Positions 47,987 through 58,106 of a stretch of DNA of 64,000 nt are shown here, piece after piece (within the stretch, counting starts at the first letter, position 1; the number at the start of each line of letters is the position of its first letter). Source of the DNA: a virus. The translations under genes and the position numbers were made by a program. Location: UHGV virus genome UHGV-0036582; one strand, 5' to 3'. The notes beneath the pieces were generated by a model that saw only the letters and a program-made list of their open reading frames with translations, ran no database searches and was not told the origin of the DNA.

Positions 47987-49129
47987 ATGTCATATTCAAC
48001 GTTCCGTTTGGGTGCTAATGATGCAACCAAAGAGCCTATGTTCCTCGGACAATCTGTCAACGTGGCACGTTACGATCAGCAAAAATACCGTGATTTTGAA
48101 AAGTTGATTGAACGTCAATTGTCTTTCTTCTGGCGGCCGGAAGAAGTTGATATTTCGAGCGATCGTATCGACTTCAACACGAAGCTGCGGGACCACGAAC
48201 GTCACATTTTTCTGAGCAATCTCCGTTATCAAACGTTACTCGATTCAGTTCAGGGACGTAGCCCAAATGCAACGCTGCTGCCGCTTATCTCTATTCCTGA
48301 ACTGGAAACGTGGGTTGAAACGTGGTCTTTCTCTGAGACTATCCATAGCCGTAGCTACACCCACATTATTCGTGGCATGGTGGACGATCCGAGTATTGTT
48401 TTTGACGGTATTGTTACGGATGAAGAAATCATCAACCGAGCGATCAGTATCTCTGCTGAATATGACAGGCTTTATGGGATGACATGCGAGCGCCAGTCGT
48501 TAGGTGAGAAGGAGTTTGAACGTCTGTACGTAAATGAATATGGCTGGGAGCCATACCCTTTGCATCGTCAGCTTTTCCGCACGTTGGTGTCCATTAATGC
48601 GCTTGAGGCGATCCGTTTCTATGTAAGTTTTGCATGTACGTTTGCCTTTGGCGAACGGAAGTTGCTTGAGGGTAACACCAAAATTATGCGCTTTATTGCC
48701 CGTGATGAAGCTCTGCATTGCGAAGGAACTGAACGCATGATCCGCTTCATGCGTACCGGTCGCGAAGGTTTATTGTGGAAAGAGATTGCTGCTGATGAAG
48801 AAAACGTCATTTACGACACCATGAAATCAGTCGCCGAACAAGAAATGAACTGGGCAGACTATCTCTTCAAAGACGGTTCGATGATTGGTTTAAACGCGGA
48901 TATTCTGAAGACCTATGTAAAATACCGCACCAATCTGGCTATGAATCGTCTTGGCCTGAAGGCTTTATTTCCAGAAGTTACCACAGATCCGCTGGTCTGG
49001 ATGAACAAGTGGTTGTTAACCGACACACTGCAAATTGCACCACAAGAGGCAGAGCAAAGCACATATCTGGTAGGTCAGATCGATTCTACCGTGGATAAGG
49101 CTTCTCTAAGCCAGTTTGCAGACCTGTAA
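47987..49129 (+). CDS. nrdB: Ribonucleoside-diphosphate reductase small subunit (class Ia)
   Basis: 380 aa; di-iron/radical-site region [19 protein letters not shown] and IARDEALH. Confidence 0.9.
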   Translation: MSYSTFRLGANDATKEPMFLGQSVNVARYDQQKYRDFEKLIERQLSFFWRPEEVDISSDRIDFNTKLRDHERHIFLSNLRYQTLLDSVQGRSPNATLLPLISIPELETWVETWSFSETIHSRSYTHIIRGMVDDPSIVFDGIVTDEEIINRAISISAEYDRLYGMTCERQSLGEKEFERLYVNEYGWEPYPLHRQLFRTLVSINALEAIRFYVSFACTFAFGERKLLEGNTKIMRFIARDEALHCEGTERMIRFMRTGREGLLWKEIAADEENVIYDTMKSVAEQEMNWADYLFKDGSMIGLNADILKTYVKYRTNLAMNRLGLKALFPEVTTDPLVWMNKWLLTDTLQIAPQEAEQSTYLVGQIDSTVDKASLSQFADL

Positions 49130-49206
49130 ACCGATACAAAGCATTATGTGGCCTGGCAACGCTGGGCCACAATGGATCACAAGAATTAAGAAGGAACAAA
49201 ACTAGC

Positions 49207-50076
49207 ATGAACTTTACCAAACTGACTGACCACCTGAAACTTGCCACCGATCGTCTCATTGGATTTAAGCCAGAACCATATGAGTTGCATGAAGGTCATG
49301 GTGTAGCTACTGAAAGTATTTACAAGATGGTCGATCAGTTTCATGAACTCTTCCAGCATCCGAGACGCGTTATGCCGACACCAGAGCTGCTTCGTCTCCG
49401 TGCAAGCCTGATTCATGAAGAAGCTGTAGTGGAAGGTATTCCAGCCGCAATGAATGGGGATATTGAGCAACTGCTGGATGCAATGGCCGACTTTTTATAC
49501 GTTGGTGTTGGTACGATGGTCGCCATCAAAGGTGGTATTTCTACCGGCATGACCTATTACACGCAGGAACAGAGCATTGATCGCTTTATGCAGACAATTT
49601 TTGTGCCCGGTAACACTGTTTTCGATGATATGGCAATGCCATTTCAGGAAGCTCGTGAGGCGTCATATATGCTCGAAGAGCTGGCAGATAAACTTGAGAA
49701 CAAGACTGTTAAGGATTCTGAGCTGATTCAGGAACTGCGCCGTGTCATGAACAAAATCTATGTGGCGTGCATGATGACCTATCGACTGGCTGATTTCCTC
49801 GGTATCAATGTAGTCGAGCTGGTTGGCGAAATTCATCGGTCTAACATGACAAAATTATGGCCTGCTGATGTCGAGGAACGTCGCCAGGCTGTGGCCAACT
49901 GCAAATACGACTCTTCAGACCTGGGATTTCGCCATGCTGATGGTACCGATAAGATGATCGGTTTTCGAATTTCCGATGGAAAGATTCTGAAGTCTCCAAC
50001 CTATAGTGATGTCGATTTATCCTCCTTTGTTGAGCAAGCTAAAGCCTCAGCAATGTACGGAATGATCAAAAAATAA
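49207..50076 (+). CDS. Possible MazG-like all-alpha nucleotide pyrophosphohydrolase
   Basis: 289 aa; acidic helical segments EEAVVEG...DIEQLLDAMADFLYV loosely resemble the MazG/HisE EExxE...D motif; tentative. Confidence 0.3.
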   Translation: MNFTKLTDHLKLATDRLIGFKPEPYELHEGHGVATESIYKMVDQFHELFQHPRRVMPTPELLRLRASLIHEEAVVEGIPAAMNGDIEQLLDAMADFLYVGVGTMVAIKGGISTGMTYYTQEQSIDRFMQTIFVPGNTVFDDMAMPFQEAREASYMLEELADKLENKTVKDSELIQELRRVMNKIYVACMMTYRLADFLGINVVELVGEIHRSNMTKLWPADVEERRQAVANCKYDSSDLGFRHADGTDKMIGFRISDGKILKSPTYSDVDLSSFVEQAKASAMYGMIKK

Positions 50077-50144
50077 TTGTAGGTAGTTATCTATCTATGT
50101 ATATTGTGTTAGCGCGTTAAATTCCTGAAACAACTATTCGTTTT

Positions 50145-50169
50145 GGTGGCCTATGGCCACCATTTTTTT
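50145..50169 (+). terminator. Rho-independent terminator
   Basis: ggtggcc-tat-ggccacc then attttttt. Confidence 0.8.
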
Positions 50170-50219
50170 ATCTATCTGGCCTTGTTCCCTCAATAAATGT
50201 AAACTCACGCAATGAATAA

Positions 50220-51350
50220 GTGATTACTTATCTTTGTGAGGTTTTTGTGTCACTCCTTTTGAATCGTGAGCATACGAACGGTCAGGTAACAAACGCATCG
50301 TATGCAAAAGTTATTGAGACGGTGCTTAAAAGCGGCGTGCAGGCTGATGATCGCACAGGCACTGGTACTTTAAGCACCTGCTACGTTCCCTCTTACTACA
50401 TGCTTACTGGTGGGACTGTGCCGCTTATTTCTGGAAAGGCGGTAAATCTTAAGCCACTGCTTGTCGAACTTGAGTGGTATCTGAAAGGCACGGGCAACAT
50501 CCAATTTCTCAAGGATAACGGCGTTAAGATTTGGGATGCATGGGCCGATGAGAATGGCGATTTGGGGCCGGTTTACGGTAAGCAGTGGCGTCGATGGGAA
50601 GATACCCGCATCGTGAGCCATAGTGAATATCTGAGCAAGATCGCTACTTTCCGTGAACGCGGGTACAAAGTCGAGGGATACCTGGGTATCAGTGAAGATC
50701 GCGTAGTGCTGTCCCGTGAAATCGATCAGCTACAGCGTATTGTCGATACACTGCGCACGAACCCTACCGATCGTCGCATCATGCTTAACGCATGGAACGT
50801 AGGCGAGCTTGAGGATATGAAACTGCCACCTTGCCACTTTGTCTTCTCTTTGTGGAGTCGTGAACTGGATTTTGAAACCCGTTTAACGATGGCAACTGAC
50901 ATTGGTCTACAACACAGTCGCCTCGGTTATGAGTCTATCTACACCAAGATGCTATACGATCTGGAGATGGACGGCAGTGTTACTGAAACTGAACTGGATG
51001 AACTTGGAATCCCCAAACGCATCCTCAACTCCTGCCTCGTACAGCGTAGCGTAGACACTTTTGTTGGTATGCCATTCAATATTGCTGGCTATGGCATTCT
51101 CACTCATTTTCTCGCGAAGATTACGGGTCACATGGCCGGTGCATTTGTGCATTTTGGCTTTGACGTGCATTTGTACAACAACCACATGGAAGGTGTGTGT
51201 GAGCTAATGCAACGACAGGCTCCAGAGCATTCAGATCCGGTCGTTATATTCCCTAATGAATGGTCTGAGCTGGATGATTTCAAATGGGACGAGATTCTTA
51301 TTCTTGGCTATGCCCCTCTACCGTGGATCAAGGTTCCAGTGGCGGTGTGA
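50220..51350 (+). CDS. thyA: Thymidylate synthase homologue with insertions (start codon uncertain)
   Basis: DRTGTGTLS, WADENGDLGPVYGKQWRRWE, NAWNVGELEDMKLPPCH and MPFNIAGYG match ThyA blocks; two insertions of about 30 and 45 aa relative to E. coli ThyA as recalled. Confidence 0.8.
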   Translation: MITYLCEVFVSLLLNREHTNGQVTNASYAKVIETVLKSGVQADDRTGTGTLSTCYVPSYYMLTGGTVPLISGKAVNLKPLLVELEWYLKGTGNIQFLKDNGVKIWDAWADENGDLGPVYGKQWRRWEDTRIVSHSEYLSKIATFRERGYKVEGYLGISEDRVVLSREIDQLQRIVDTLRTNPTDRRIMLNAWNVGELEDMKLPPCHFVFSLWSRELDFETRLTMATDIGLQHSRLGYESIYTKMLYDLEMDGSVTETELDELGIPKRILNSCLVQRSVDTFVGMPFNIAGYGILTHFLAKITGHMAGAFVHFGFDVHLYNNHMEGVCELMQRQAPEHSDPVVIFPNEWSELDDFKWDEILILGYAPLPWIKVPVAV

Positions 51351-51351
51351 T

Positions 51352-51765
51352 ATGGCAAGAGGTATGTATGTCTTATGCGAAATTGAAGGTGTGCTGGCAA
51401 ATACCAGCCATCGTAAATCTGTATCTGACTCGGATGCAGGCCAATTCATTGCCGGTGATGAACTCATTTTCCCCACCAGCCGTATGTTGCGTGGTTTTGC
51501 TCGCTCAGGGGCTGAAGTGGTGCTTATCAGTAGCCGCTCTGAAACTCTTGAAGCGCCCACTAAACGATGGCTGAAAGATTTTGGTGTTGATTACGACTGG
51601 CTTCACCTCGTACCGAATAGCACTAGTTATGAGAAGCATATTAAGCGCACATTAGCGGAGCATAAAGGCGATCTGCTTATCGCTGCGCTGGTGCACGATC
51701 CTCGACTCCGTGCCGCTTTAGCTGACTCACATCATAGACCGGTCATCTATGAGGTGAGCAAATGA
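51352..51765 (+). CDS. Hypothetical protein between thyA and the DHFR gene
   Basis: Start set at the ATG at 51352, just after the thyA stop; the listed start at 51256 would overlap thyA by about 95 nt; 137 aa. Confidence 0.45.
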   Translation: MARGMYVLCEIEGVLANTSHRKSVSDSDAGQFIAGDELIFPTSRMLRGFARSGAEVVLISSRSETLEAPTKRWLKDFGVDYDWLHLVPNSTSYEKHIKRTLAEHKGDLLIAALVHDPRLRAALADSHHRPVIYEVSK

Positions 51766-52238
51766 AGATGATAGCTGCTGTTGGCCGTAACTATGAGATC
51801 GGCATAGCGAACGAACTGCCCTGGCGTTGTTCTACCGATCTGAAGCTATTTAAGAGACTCACCAAAAACGCCACTGTCGTTATGGGGCGTAAAACGATGG
51901 AAAGTCTCAAACGCCCTCTTCCAGAGCGTCATAACCTCGTTTTGACGCGCTCTCATGGCTTTGTACCAAATGGATTCTACCCTGCTGGTGTGGATGATGT
52001 GTTGCGATTACCAGAGCCTGTGTGGGTGATTGGCGGGGAACAAATTTACTCGCTATTCATGCCGCATGTTGAAGAGATTTGGCTCTCCCACATCGGCGTT
52101 GATGTGCCAAACGCCGATGCATTCTTCCCGGCAAGCATGATGCGTAATTTAGGCTTTGTGCCTGTTGAAACAGCTTATACCCAACGAGCCAGCGAGGAAG
52201 AGCCTGGCTTTTCGCAGATCGTATACAGAAGGTCGTAA
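51762..52238 (+). CDS. folA: Dihydrofolate reductase
   Basis: N-terminus MKMIAAVGRNYEIGIANELPWR..DLKLFKRLT and VVMGRKT match the DHFR signature; 158 aa; adjacent to thyA. Confidence 0.85.
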   Translation: MKMIAAVGRNYEIGIANELPWRCSTDLKLFKRLTKNATVVMGRKTMESLKRPLPERHNLVLTRSHGFVPNGFYPAGVDDVLRLPEPVWVIGGEQIYSLFMPHVEEIWLSHIGVDVPNADAFFPASMMRNLGFVPVETAYTQRASEEEPGFSQIVYRRS

Positions 52239-52882
52239 TGGATTACCGGATTGGGATCACTGGTGCTCAGGGCAGTGGGAAAACAACCCTGGCTAAATAT
52301 ATCGACAAACATTACGGAATCCCTTACGTGGATGCTGGTGTCGGAAGTTTGATGAGCCGCCTCGGTGTTCGAGTAGGTGATTCTATGCCTCTATATGAGC
52401 GGCTTCAGATTCAAATGGAAATAGCAAAGCATATAGAGCTACTTACGCGTGGTGCTGAAGGCTTTGTTATCGATCGCACACCTGCTGATGTTATGGCCTA
52501 CACGTTGGATTTGGTCGGCCATACAAATGAAGATCGGTGTATTGAGTTAGCCCTCGATATCGAAAAGTTTTGCCACAAAACTGCTATTTCAAACTTTAAC
52601 GCCATTGCTGGCCTACGCCCGGGGGTCGCTCTCTCAGAGCGAGATTACTTGCGGTCACAACGAGCATCATTAGACCGTCTGTATGTCGCTCGTATTGATG
52701 CGTTGATGTGCGGGGAACTGACAAAAATTCACCTGCATCCGCAAAGGGGAGATCTGCAAACCTTCGTCGTTTCCAACCGGTATCGCACAGTTGAAGCAAG
52801 AGCCAGATCAGTGATGAGAATGCTAGATAACGCGGTAGAAAAGATAGAAAACCGGTTCTGTGGCCGAGTGACCGTTCATTAG
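52238..52882 (+). CDS. P-loop nucleotide kinase (deoxynucleoside monophosphate kinase-like)
   Basis: Walker A GITGAQGSGKTT at the N-terminus; 214 aa; lies in the nucleotide-metabolism block. Confidence 0.5.
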   Translation: MDYRIGITGAQGSGKTTLAKYIDKHYGIPYVDAGVGSLMSRLGVRVGDSMPLYERLQIQMEIAKHIELLTRGAEGFVIDRTPADVMAYTLDLVGHTNEDRCIELALDIEKFCHKTAISNFNAIAGLRPGVALSERDYLRSQRASLDRLYVARIDALMCGELTKIHLHPQRGDLQTFVVSNRYRTVEARARSVMRMLDNAVEKIENRFCGRVTVH

Positions 52883-52943
52883 AAATTGTTCGCCTCTTCG
52901 ACATTGCGACAATAAAACTCTCAAAATGGGTTAAGGATAAAAA

Positions 52944-53363
52944 ATGTTTAGTGAAATGTTGCTTGAAGATGAACTGGATCGGAAAACAACAGAGGCTTTG
53001 ATTCGTGTAGCGGACGAACATTCCCGGTCGCTTATGAGCGATCGAGAGGCTCGTCTGGCTATTCGTGCCATATTCGAAACTGCGCAGGGGCTTGTTGGTA
53101 CACAAGTGGGTGAAGCCATTAACATCGCCATGTCTCAGTTCAGTGAAGGCAGTAAAAAGTCTCTGTTTCCTATGCATTTGATGCTGGCTGGTGGCACGGT
53201 GCTTTATATCTCTGTTTGTCTGGATAGCAACCAAATCAATATTCTCAACACTGTGTCAGGTAAGTGGAAAGATCCGATTGTCTGTGAAACCAGTGAAGAA
53301 ACTTTGAAAAAAGCGGCTCAATTTGTACGTAGCGCACTACTTAAGGGCGCTAAGAAGTTGTAA
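52944..53363 (+). CDS. Hypothetical protein
   Basis: 139-aa ORF. Confidence 0.45.
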   Translation: MFSEMLLEDELDRKTTEALIRVADEHSRSLMSDREARLAIRAIFETAQGLVGTQVGEAINIAMSQFSEGSKKSLFPMHLMLAGGTVLYISVCLDSNQINILNTVSGKWKDPIVCETSEETLKKAAQFVRSALLKGAKKL

Positions 53364-53372
53364 GGAGTTCTG

Positions 53373-53930
53373 ATGACAACGATTGTTGCAGGCATCGATA
53401 TCGAGTCTACGGGACTGGATTTCCTTGCTGGTCATAAAATTATTGAAATCGCAATTACCCGCTATGAACTGGAGACACAGAGACATATTGATAGTCTGGA
53501 GATGCGTTTTAACCCTCGCAGAAACATAGATCCGAAAGCTCAAGCCGTTCATGGCATTTCATTGGAACAGCTCGCAGCTGAACCTTTGTTGTCAAATCAT
53601 GCCAGCGAAATTGGCGCTTATATGGGGGCATGTAGTGTGTGGGTTGCTCATAACGGCGAAGCATTTGATATACCATTTATTCGACACGAGTTTTCAGGGT
53701 ATGGAGTAAGACTGCCAGAAGTTCCTGTTATAGATACTATGTTATCGGGATTGTGGGCCACAGAAGACGGTAAACGTCCCCGCCTTGAAGAGTTGGCCTT
53801 CTCTCTTGGCTATATATACGATCATGCCAAAGCACATAGTGCCTTATATGACACAAACTTAATGATGCAATGCTTCTTTAAGGCACGTAATAAGTACGGA
53901 TTTTTTAAATTACCCTCTGAAATTGTGTAA
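53373..53930 (+). CDS. DnaQ-like 3'-5' exonuclease (DEDDh family), candidate proofreading subunit
   Basis: Exo I GIDIESTGL, Exo II WVAHNGEAFDIPF, Exo III HSALYD. Confidence 0.75.
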   Translation: MTTIVAGIDIESTGLDFLAGHKIIEIAITRYELETQRHIDSLEMRFNPRRNIDPKAQAVHGISLEQLAAEPLLSNHASEIGAYMGACSVWVAHNGEAFDIPFIRHEFSGYGVRLPEVPVIDTMLSGLWATEDGKRPRLEELAFSLGYIYDHAKAHSALYDTNLMMQCFFKARNKYGFFKLPSEIV

Positions 53931-53934
53931 AACA

Positions 53935-53972
53935 AAAGCCTACTTTAAAAAGTTTAAAGTAGGCTTTCTTTT
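53935..53972 (+). terminator. Rho-independent terminator
   Basis: aaagcctactttaaa-aag-tttaaagtaggcttt then ctttt. Confidence 0.7.
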
Positions 53973-54088
53973 AAAGAACAGTCGCCTTTCAATCATTTCC
54001 TGCCTGTATTTAATACTTTTCCGCCTGATAGGTTTAGTCAAAATGCAGCCATCGAAACGCAAATGTAACCAAACAGAAGGAGACTTAC

Positions 54089-54898
54089 ATGAGTTCGGTT
54101 GAAAATGTAATGACAAATGATGATCTGGACGAGCTGACAGCCATGTTGCAATCACTTGATGAACCAGTAAAAAAAGCTGCACAGGTTGAAAATACTGATG
54201 ATATTGACGATCTGCTGCTCGGCCTAGATGCTGGCGTAGCCATGAGTTCTGATGATGTTGCCGAAGAACTGTTCAATGAAGAAAAAGCAGGTGATTTCAG
54301 CTCTGCTTTAAATGAGTTGGAGTTAGCGCATGAGCCTATAAACGTAATTAACGCTGAAAGTGTTGAAGCTGCCGAAAACGAGCCAGAACAATTGGGATTT
54401 ATTGAGGTTGAAGAGTGTGTTGAGGTTAATGATGAATTAAAAGTTCAACAGTCAAATGATAGCAATACAAATAAAAAAGCTCGTACTGCAAGAGGTCCTC
54501 GTTTTACTTTAAGTGATAAAGATGATTCGTTTTTCAATAAAGCGGGCTTAGAAAAAGATATTTTCTTAGACGCTTACGATAACGCGCCTGTCAAAGCAAA
54601 GGATAAGATATTAAACCTTCTTAATTGGTTTAGCGGAGGTCCAGATATTAGTGTTTACACGGTAATTTCCATGAGACACCTTCTCACAGAAAAGAAGGCT
54701 ACAAGTAATAGTATTAAGATTGCTTTAATGAGCAATCCAGAAAAACCGTATCCGCTTAATACTGCGTCAACTCAGGCTGGGCAAATGATGGCTGTATTTC
54801 CAGCGACAGGAATTGCCGTTAGAGACGGTGGAAATCTAACATTGAACGAAGAATCACCGATCGTTAAGAAGTTTGTCGCGGAGTACACTATTGGATGA
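54089..54898 (+). CDS. Highly acidic protein of unknown function
   Basis: 269 aa; N-terminal half dominated by Asp/Glu (DDLDELTAMLQSLDE...DDIDDLLLGLD...); lies upstream of the Dam-like methyltransferase. Confidence 0.5.
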   Translation: MSSVENVMTNDDLDELTAMLQSLDEPVKKAAQVENTDDIDDLLLGLDAGVAMSSDDVAEELFNEEKAGDFSSALNELELAHEPINVINAESVEAAENEPEQLGFIEVEECVEVNDELKVQQSNDSNTNKKARTARGPRFTLSDKDDSFFNKAGLEKDIFLDAYDNAPVKAKDKILNLLNWFSGGPDISVYTVISMRHLLTEKKATSNSIKIALMSNPEKPYPLNTASTQAGQMMAVFPATGIAVRDGGNLTLNEESPIVKKFVAEYTIG

Positions 54899-55081
54899 CG
54901 TTCCCCTACTTAAAATAAAGCCCATAGAGAGCTTTATAGTACTGGGTAAGCCAATCACATACCCAGCACTACAAAAACGCGCCAGAGAGCTTCTCGTTTG
55001 CATTTCTGGCGCGTTTTATTTGATTGCCAGACATAAAATCAAATGCAAAAATAGGTATATACTTACCTATCGAGAAAGAAG

Positions 55082-55675
55082 ATGATTGCAGCCGAAAAAA
55101 TCAAACAGCGAAAGCGCGACAACTCTCTTCGTGACCTCTGGAGAACACCTGACTGGCTGTTTTCTGCCATTCAACGTTATCTTGGAGTGACATTTGATGT
55201 TGACGTTGCCTGCAACAAGGACAATGCAAAGCTGCCTAATTTCATAGGCGTTGAGCGTGATGCTTTGAAATCTGAATGGGGACAGCCAGGTACAATTGCC
55301 TTCCTAAATCCACCCTACTCCAAAATCTCCCCCTGGATTGATGCGGCTATACGTGAGCAGGCTCGCGGAGTTACAACAGTGATGCTAATTCCTCAATCCC
55401 TAGATACAAAGTGGTATGAGCGTGCAACAGAGTGTGCGAATGAGACGATTATTCTGTCTGGTGGCCGCGTAGCGTTTGTCGAGCCTGACGTAAATCTGGG
55501 TCAGGTAGAAGTAAACATCAACCCAGGTGGCAGTATGCTCGTTGTTTTTCGAGGATTCTGTCAGGACGCTGGGCACTCTATAAGCAAGATCCCTTTGGAC
55601 GTCATGAAAAGTCTGGGAGGGTATGATCCTGCGAATGTGATCAGGAAAAAAAGACCATCAAAGAAGGCTGCTTAG
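55082..55675 (+). CDS. Phage Dam-type DNA N6-adenine methyltransferase
   Basis: Catalytic motif NPPY in IAFLNPPYSKISPWIDAAIRE; 197 aa. Confidence 0.7.
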   Translation: MIAAEKIKQRKRDNSLRDLWRTPDWLFSAIQRYLGVTFDVDVACNKDNAKLPNFIGVERDALKSEWGQPGTIAFLNPPYSKISPWIDAAIREQARGVTTVMLIPQSLDTKWYERATECANETIILSGGRVAFVEPDVNLGQVEVNINPGGSMLVVFRGFCQDAGHSISKIPLDVMKSLGGYDPANVIRKKRPSKKAA

Positions 55676-55688
55676 TTTGTTCTGGCGT

Positions 55689-55750
55689 CTGTAATTAGCC
55701 TGCTTCTGTATATATAAATAACTACATATTAATTATTAATATACGGAAGC
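55689..55750. repeat. Second copy of the 17-bp-arm inverted repeat (agcctgcttctgtatat / atatacggaagcaggct)
   Basis: Arms share the core cctgcttctgtatat with the element at 8505-8562; one arm mismatch; AT-rich loop. Confidence 0.65.
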
Positions 55751-55836
55751 AGGCTGTTTTGTATCAGAGACTCCAGACCTGAACATCACTACAGAATCCA
55801 CTAGAACCCCTTCCCAGACGCTTTAAAATCGATTTT

Positions 55837-56091
55837 ATGAACCACTTTAAGGAAACCAACATGTCATACCCGACTAATGTCGTTGCGCTCGTAGAGAGCG
55901 ATTTTCTGGCCCAGGCTCGTGAAATGATGAAAGATCGTGAGCAGGCTTTCAACTTGTACGAATGGGCAATTAAGTGCTTGCATCTTGGCGAGCATCGCGA
56001 ACTTGTTGAACAGCTTTTAGGTGAGTTGATCAATGAGGTGTTTGCCTTGAATGTTCAACTACATGGTAGAGAAAATAATCAATCACAATGA
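55837..56091 (+). CDS. Hypothetical small protein
   Basis: 84-aa ORF. Confidence 0.4.
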   Translation: MNHFKETNMSYPTNVVALVESDFLAQAREMMKDREQAFNLYEWAIKCLHLGEHRELVEQLLGELINEVFALNVQLHGRENNQSQ

Positions 56092-56675
56092 TAGATAAGT
56101 ACAAACTATTCATAAAGTGAATTGTAAGTGCTAAGATCTGATAGTTTCCAGTCGTAGACTGGAGACTCGACCTGATGGGTGGGGGTAAGCGTCACTGGCG
56201 TCAGGTTTAAAAAAGCTCACTACCAGCGTAGAACTGGTGCCGTTTAGGTGTCGGGGAAGGGGGGAACCAAAGTGAGCAGAGACAAGGGTCACTTTATGAT
56301 TGTCGAGTCTGGGGTGTTTCGAGAGGTTGAATCCAGTACTCCCCTTCATAAAGTGTGGGAAGATCTCGGTTCTGGGGTGCTGTCATCCATAACTTCCCAA
56401 GTCTAAGCTGGCAGTAGACTTAGACCATAACTTTTCAGGTTATGAAACGACCAGGTTGGTGAGAGATTTTTATACTCACCTCCCTGGGAGAGTATTACCT
56501 GAAAAGACAACCTCTCACTTCGTTCGAGGTGAACTTCACTCACTTCGTTCGTTCAGTTCAGGTTTATAAAAACCTGTTCTGGGAAGTAATTTGTTTATTT
56601 TAATAATTATTAACACGCACGCGTGTGCGCACGCGCGAGGAAAAATCGGCGCGGCGCTTGATTCAGGAGTTTATA

Positions 56676-57265
56676 TGACGACGAAGACACCAGCCCGATC
56701 GCAAGCAAAAACTCGCAAAAAAGCCAAAAACAAAAATTCCCCCCGCACCAATCCCACAACGCCTGTCGTAGAGTTCAATCCCCAGCTTAAAACCGTGAAA
56801 ATCTTTAGTGATGGCTCTTGCCTTAAAAATCCGGGTGGCCCGGGCGGTTACGGTATCGTTCTCCAGTATCGTGGTGAGGAACGCGAGTTCTCAGATGGTT
56901 TTCATAGCACCACCAATAACCGCATGGAGATGATGGGGGCACTTATCGGGCTGGAGCGTTTGAAATATCCATGCAACGTTATTTTGCACTCTGATAGCCA
57001 GTATCTGAAAAACGGCATGACACAGTGGATGAAATGGTGGAAACGCAATGGATGGATGACTTCTGACAAAAAACCGGTAAAGAATGTTGATCTGTGGAAG
57101 CGTCTGGATGAGGCCGCAAGTCGACATAATGTTCGCTGGAAGTGGGTTAAAGGCCACGCCGGGCATCGTGAAAATGAAATATGCGATCGACTCGCGAAGA
57201 TCGCAGCTTTTTCAGCAGCAGATATGCCTCACAAGAAAGATATTGGTTTTGTTTATAATAAGTAG
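56676..57265 (+). CDS. rnhA: Ribonuclease HI
   Basis: Start set at the ATG at 56676; [26 protein letters not shown] and [20 protein letters not shown] match RNase H catalytic blocks. Confidence 0.85.
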
Positions 57266-57413
57266 TAAGTAAGTGTTTACCTATCATTTTAAATCATGTA
57301 TCTTATCGGCGTCAGGATGACAATGTGTCGGTAAGACACAGTTCCAGGATGGAACGAGAAAGGCGGCTGGCAATCGCCAGCCGCAACTCTTTCTGACACT
57401 GGATGGGGTCCAC

Positions 57414-57908
57414 ATGGCACGTCAAACCTATTTCACTTCTGCAACTAAACGTCCTCGTTCTTTACGTCAAATTTTGGCCGAATTATTTAGCGGTCGTGTT
57501 ATGTCACGTCTTGATGAACTAGAGACTACCGTTCGGTTGCTGAATGAACGTTTAGATAATCAAGCGTCAGTTGTTGCGAACGTGGGGGCGATTGTTGCCT
57601 CTGGTTCTTCACGCGAAGCGAAAAGTACACGGCCTTTAGTGAAGGAGAAAAACAACAAGGACAGTTCGAATGGAAAATTTTCAAAGAAAGAGGCTGAAAC
57701 CAATGGCCTACGTTCTCATTATAGTTTCACTGGCGACGGTAGCCGTTCCAGCCGGCCAGAGCCTTTTGATGCCGGATTCATCCATCACCACACCTTCGTC
57801 GACGACAATTACCACCACTCCAGTGGAGCGTCCTGTCACTCTGGATGGGATGGCGGTGGATGCGATACCTCAAGTTCATCCAGTTACTCAGGATCATGCT
57901 GTGACTAA
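57414..57908 (+). CDS. Hypothetical protein; C-terminal half may be a non-coding read-through
   Basis: 164-aa ORF; N-terminal 80 aa look protein-like, C-terminus is a Ser/Gly/Cys/His low-complexity tail; an overlapping ORF in another frame (57670..57921) encodes a signal-peptide-like protein. Confidence 0.3.
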   Translation: MARQTYFTSATKRPRSLRQILAELFSGRVMSRLDELETTVRLLNERLDNQASVVANVGAIVASGSSREAKSTRPLVKEKNNKDSSNGKFSKKEAETNGLRSHYSFTGDGSRSSRPEPFDAGFIHHHTFVDDNYHHSSGASCHSGWDGGGCDTSSSSSYSGSCCD

Positions 57909-57917
57909 GGCGGTTGT

Positions 57918-58106
57918 ATGAACTGGTTTTCAAATCACTTTGGAAAAATTTGGCTGGCAATTCTTGCCCTTATGGTCGCCGGTTGGGTATCGAACATTAT
58001 AAAACTTGTTTGCTCTGGCGATCTCCAGTTTCAGGCTGGCATGACCTTGGCTCGTGTAGTTGGGATTTTTATTTTTCCAGTCGGTTCGGTACTTGGTTAT
58101 TTCTGA
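57918..58106 (+). CDS. Small membrane protein
   Basis: 62 aa; two hydrophobic helices (IWLAILALMVAGWV and VVGIFIFPVGSVLGYF); ATGA overlap with the upstream frame. Confidence 0.4.
   Translation: MNWFSNHFGKIWLAILALMVAGWVSNIIKLVCSGDLQFQAGMTLARVVGIFIFPVGSVLGYF

Noticed and set aside
51256-51351. Upstream extension of the ORF following thyA
   Set aside because: It would overlap the thyA 3' end by about 95 nt in another frame; the ATG at 51352 immediately after the thyA stop is the more plausible start.
56131-56349. 72-aa minus-strand ORF inside the long non-coding gap
   Set aside because: No RBS or start context, Gly/Ser/Pro-rich low-complexity product, and it lies antisense in a region better explained as non-coding.
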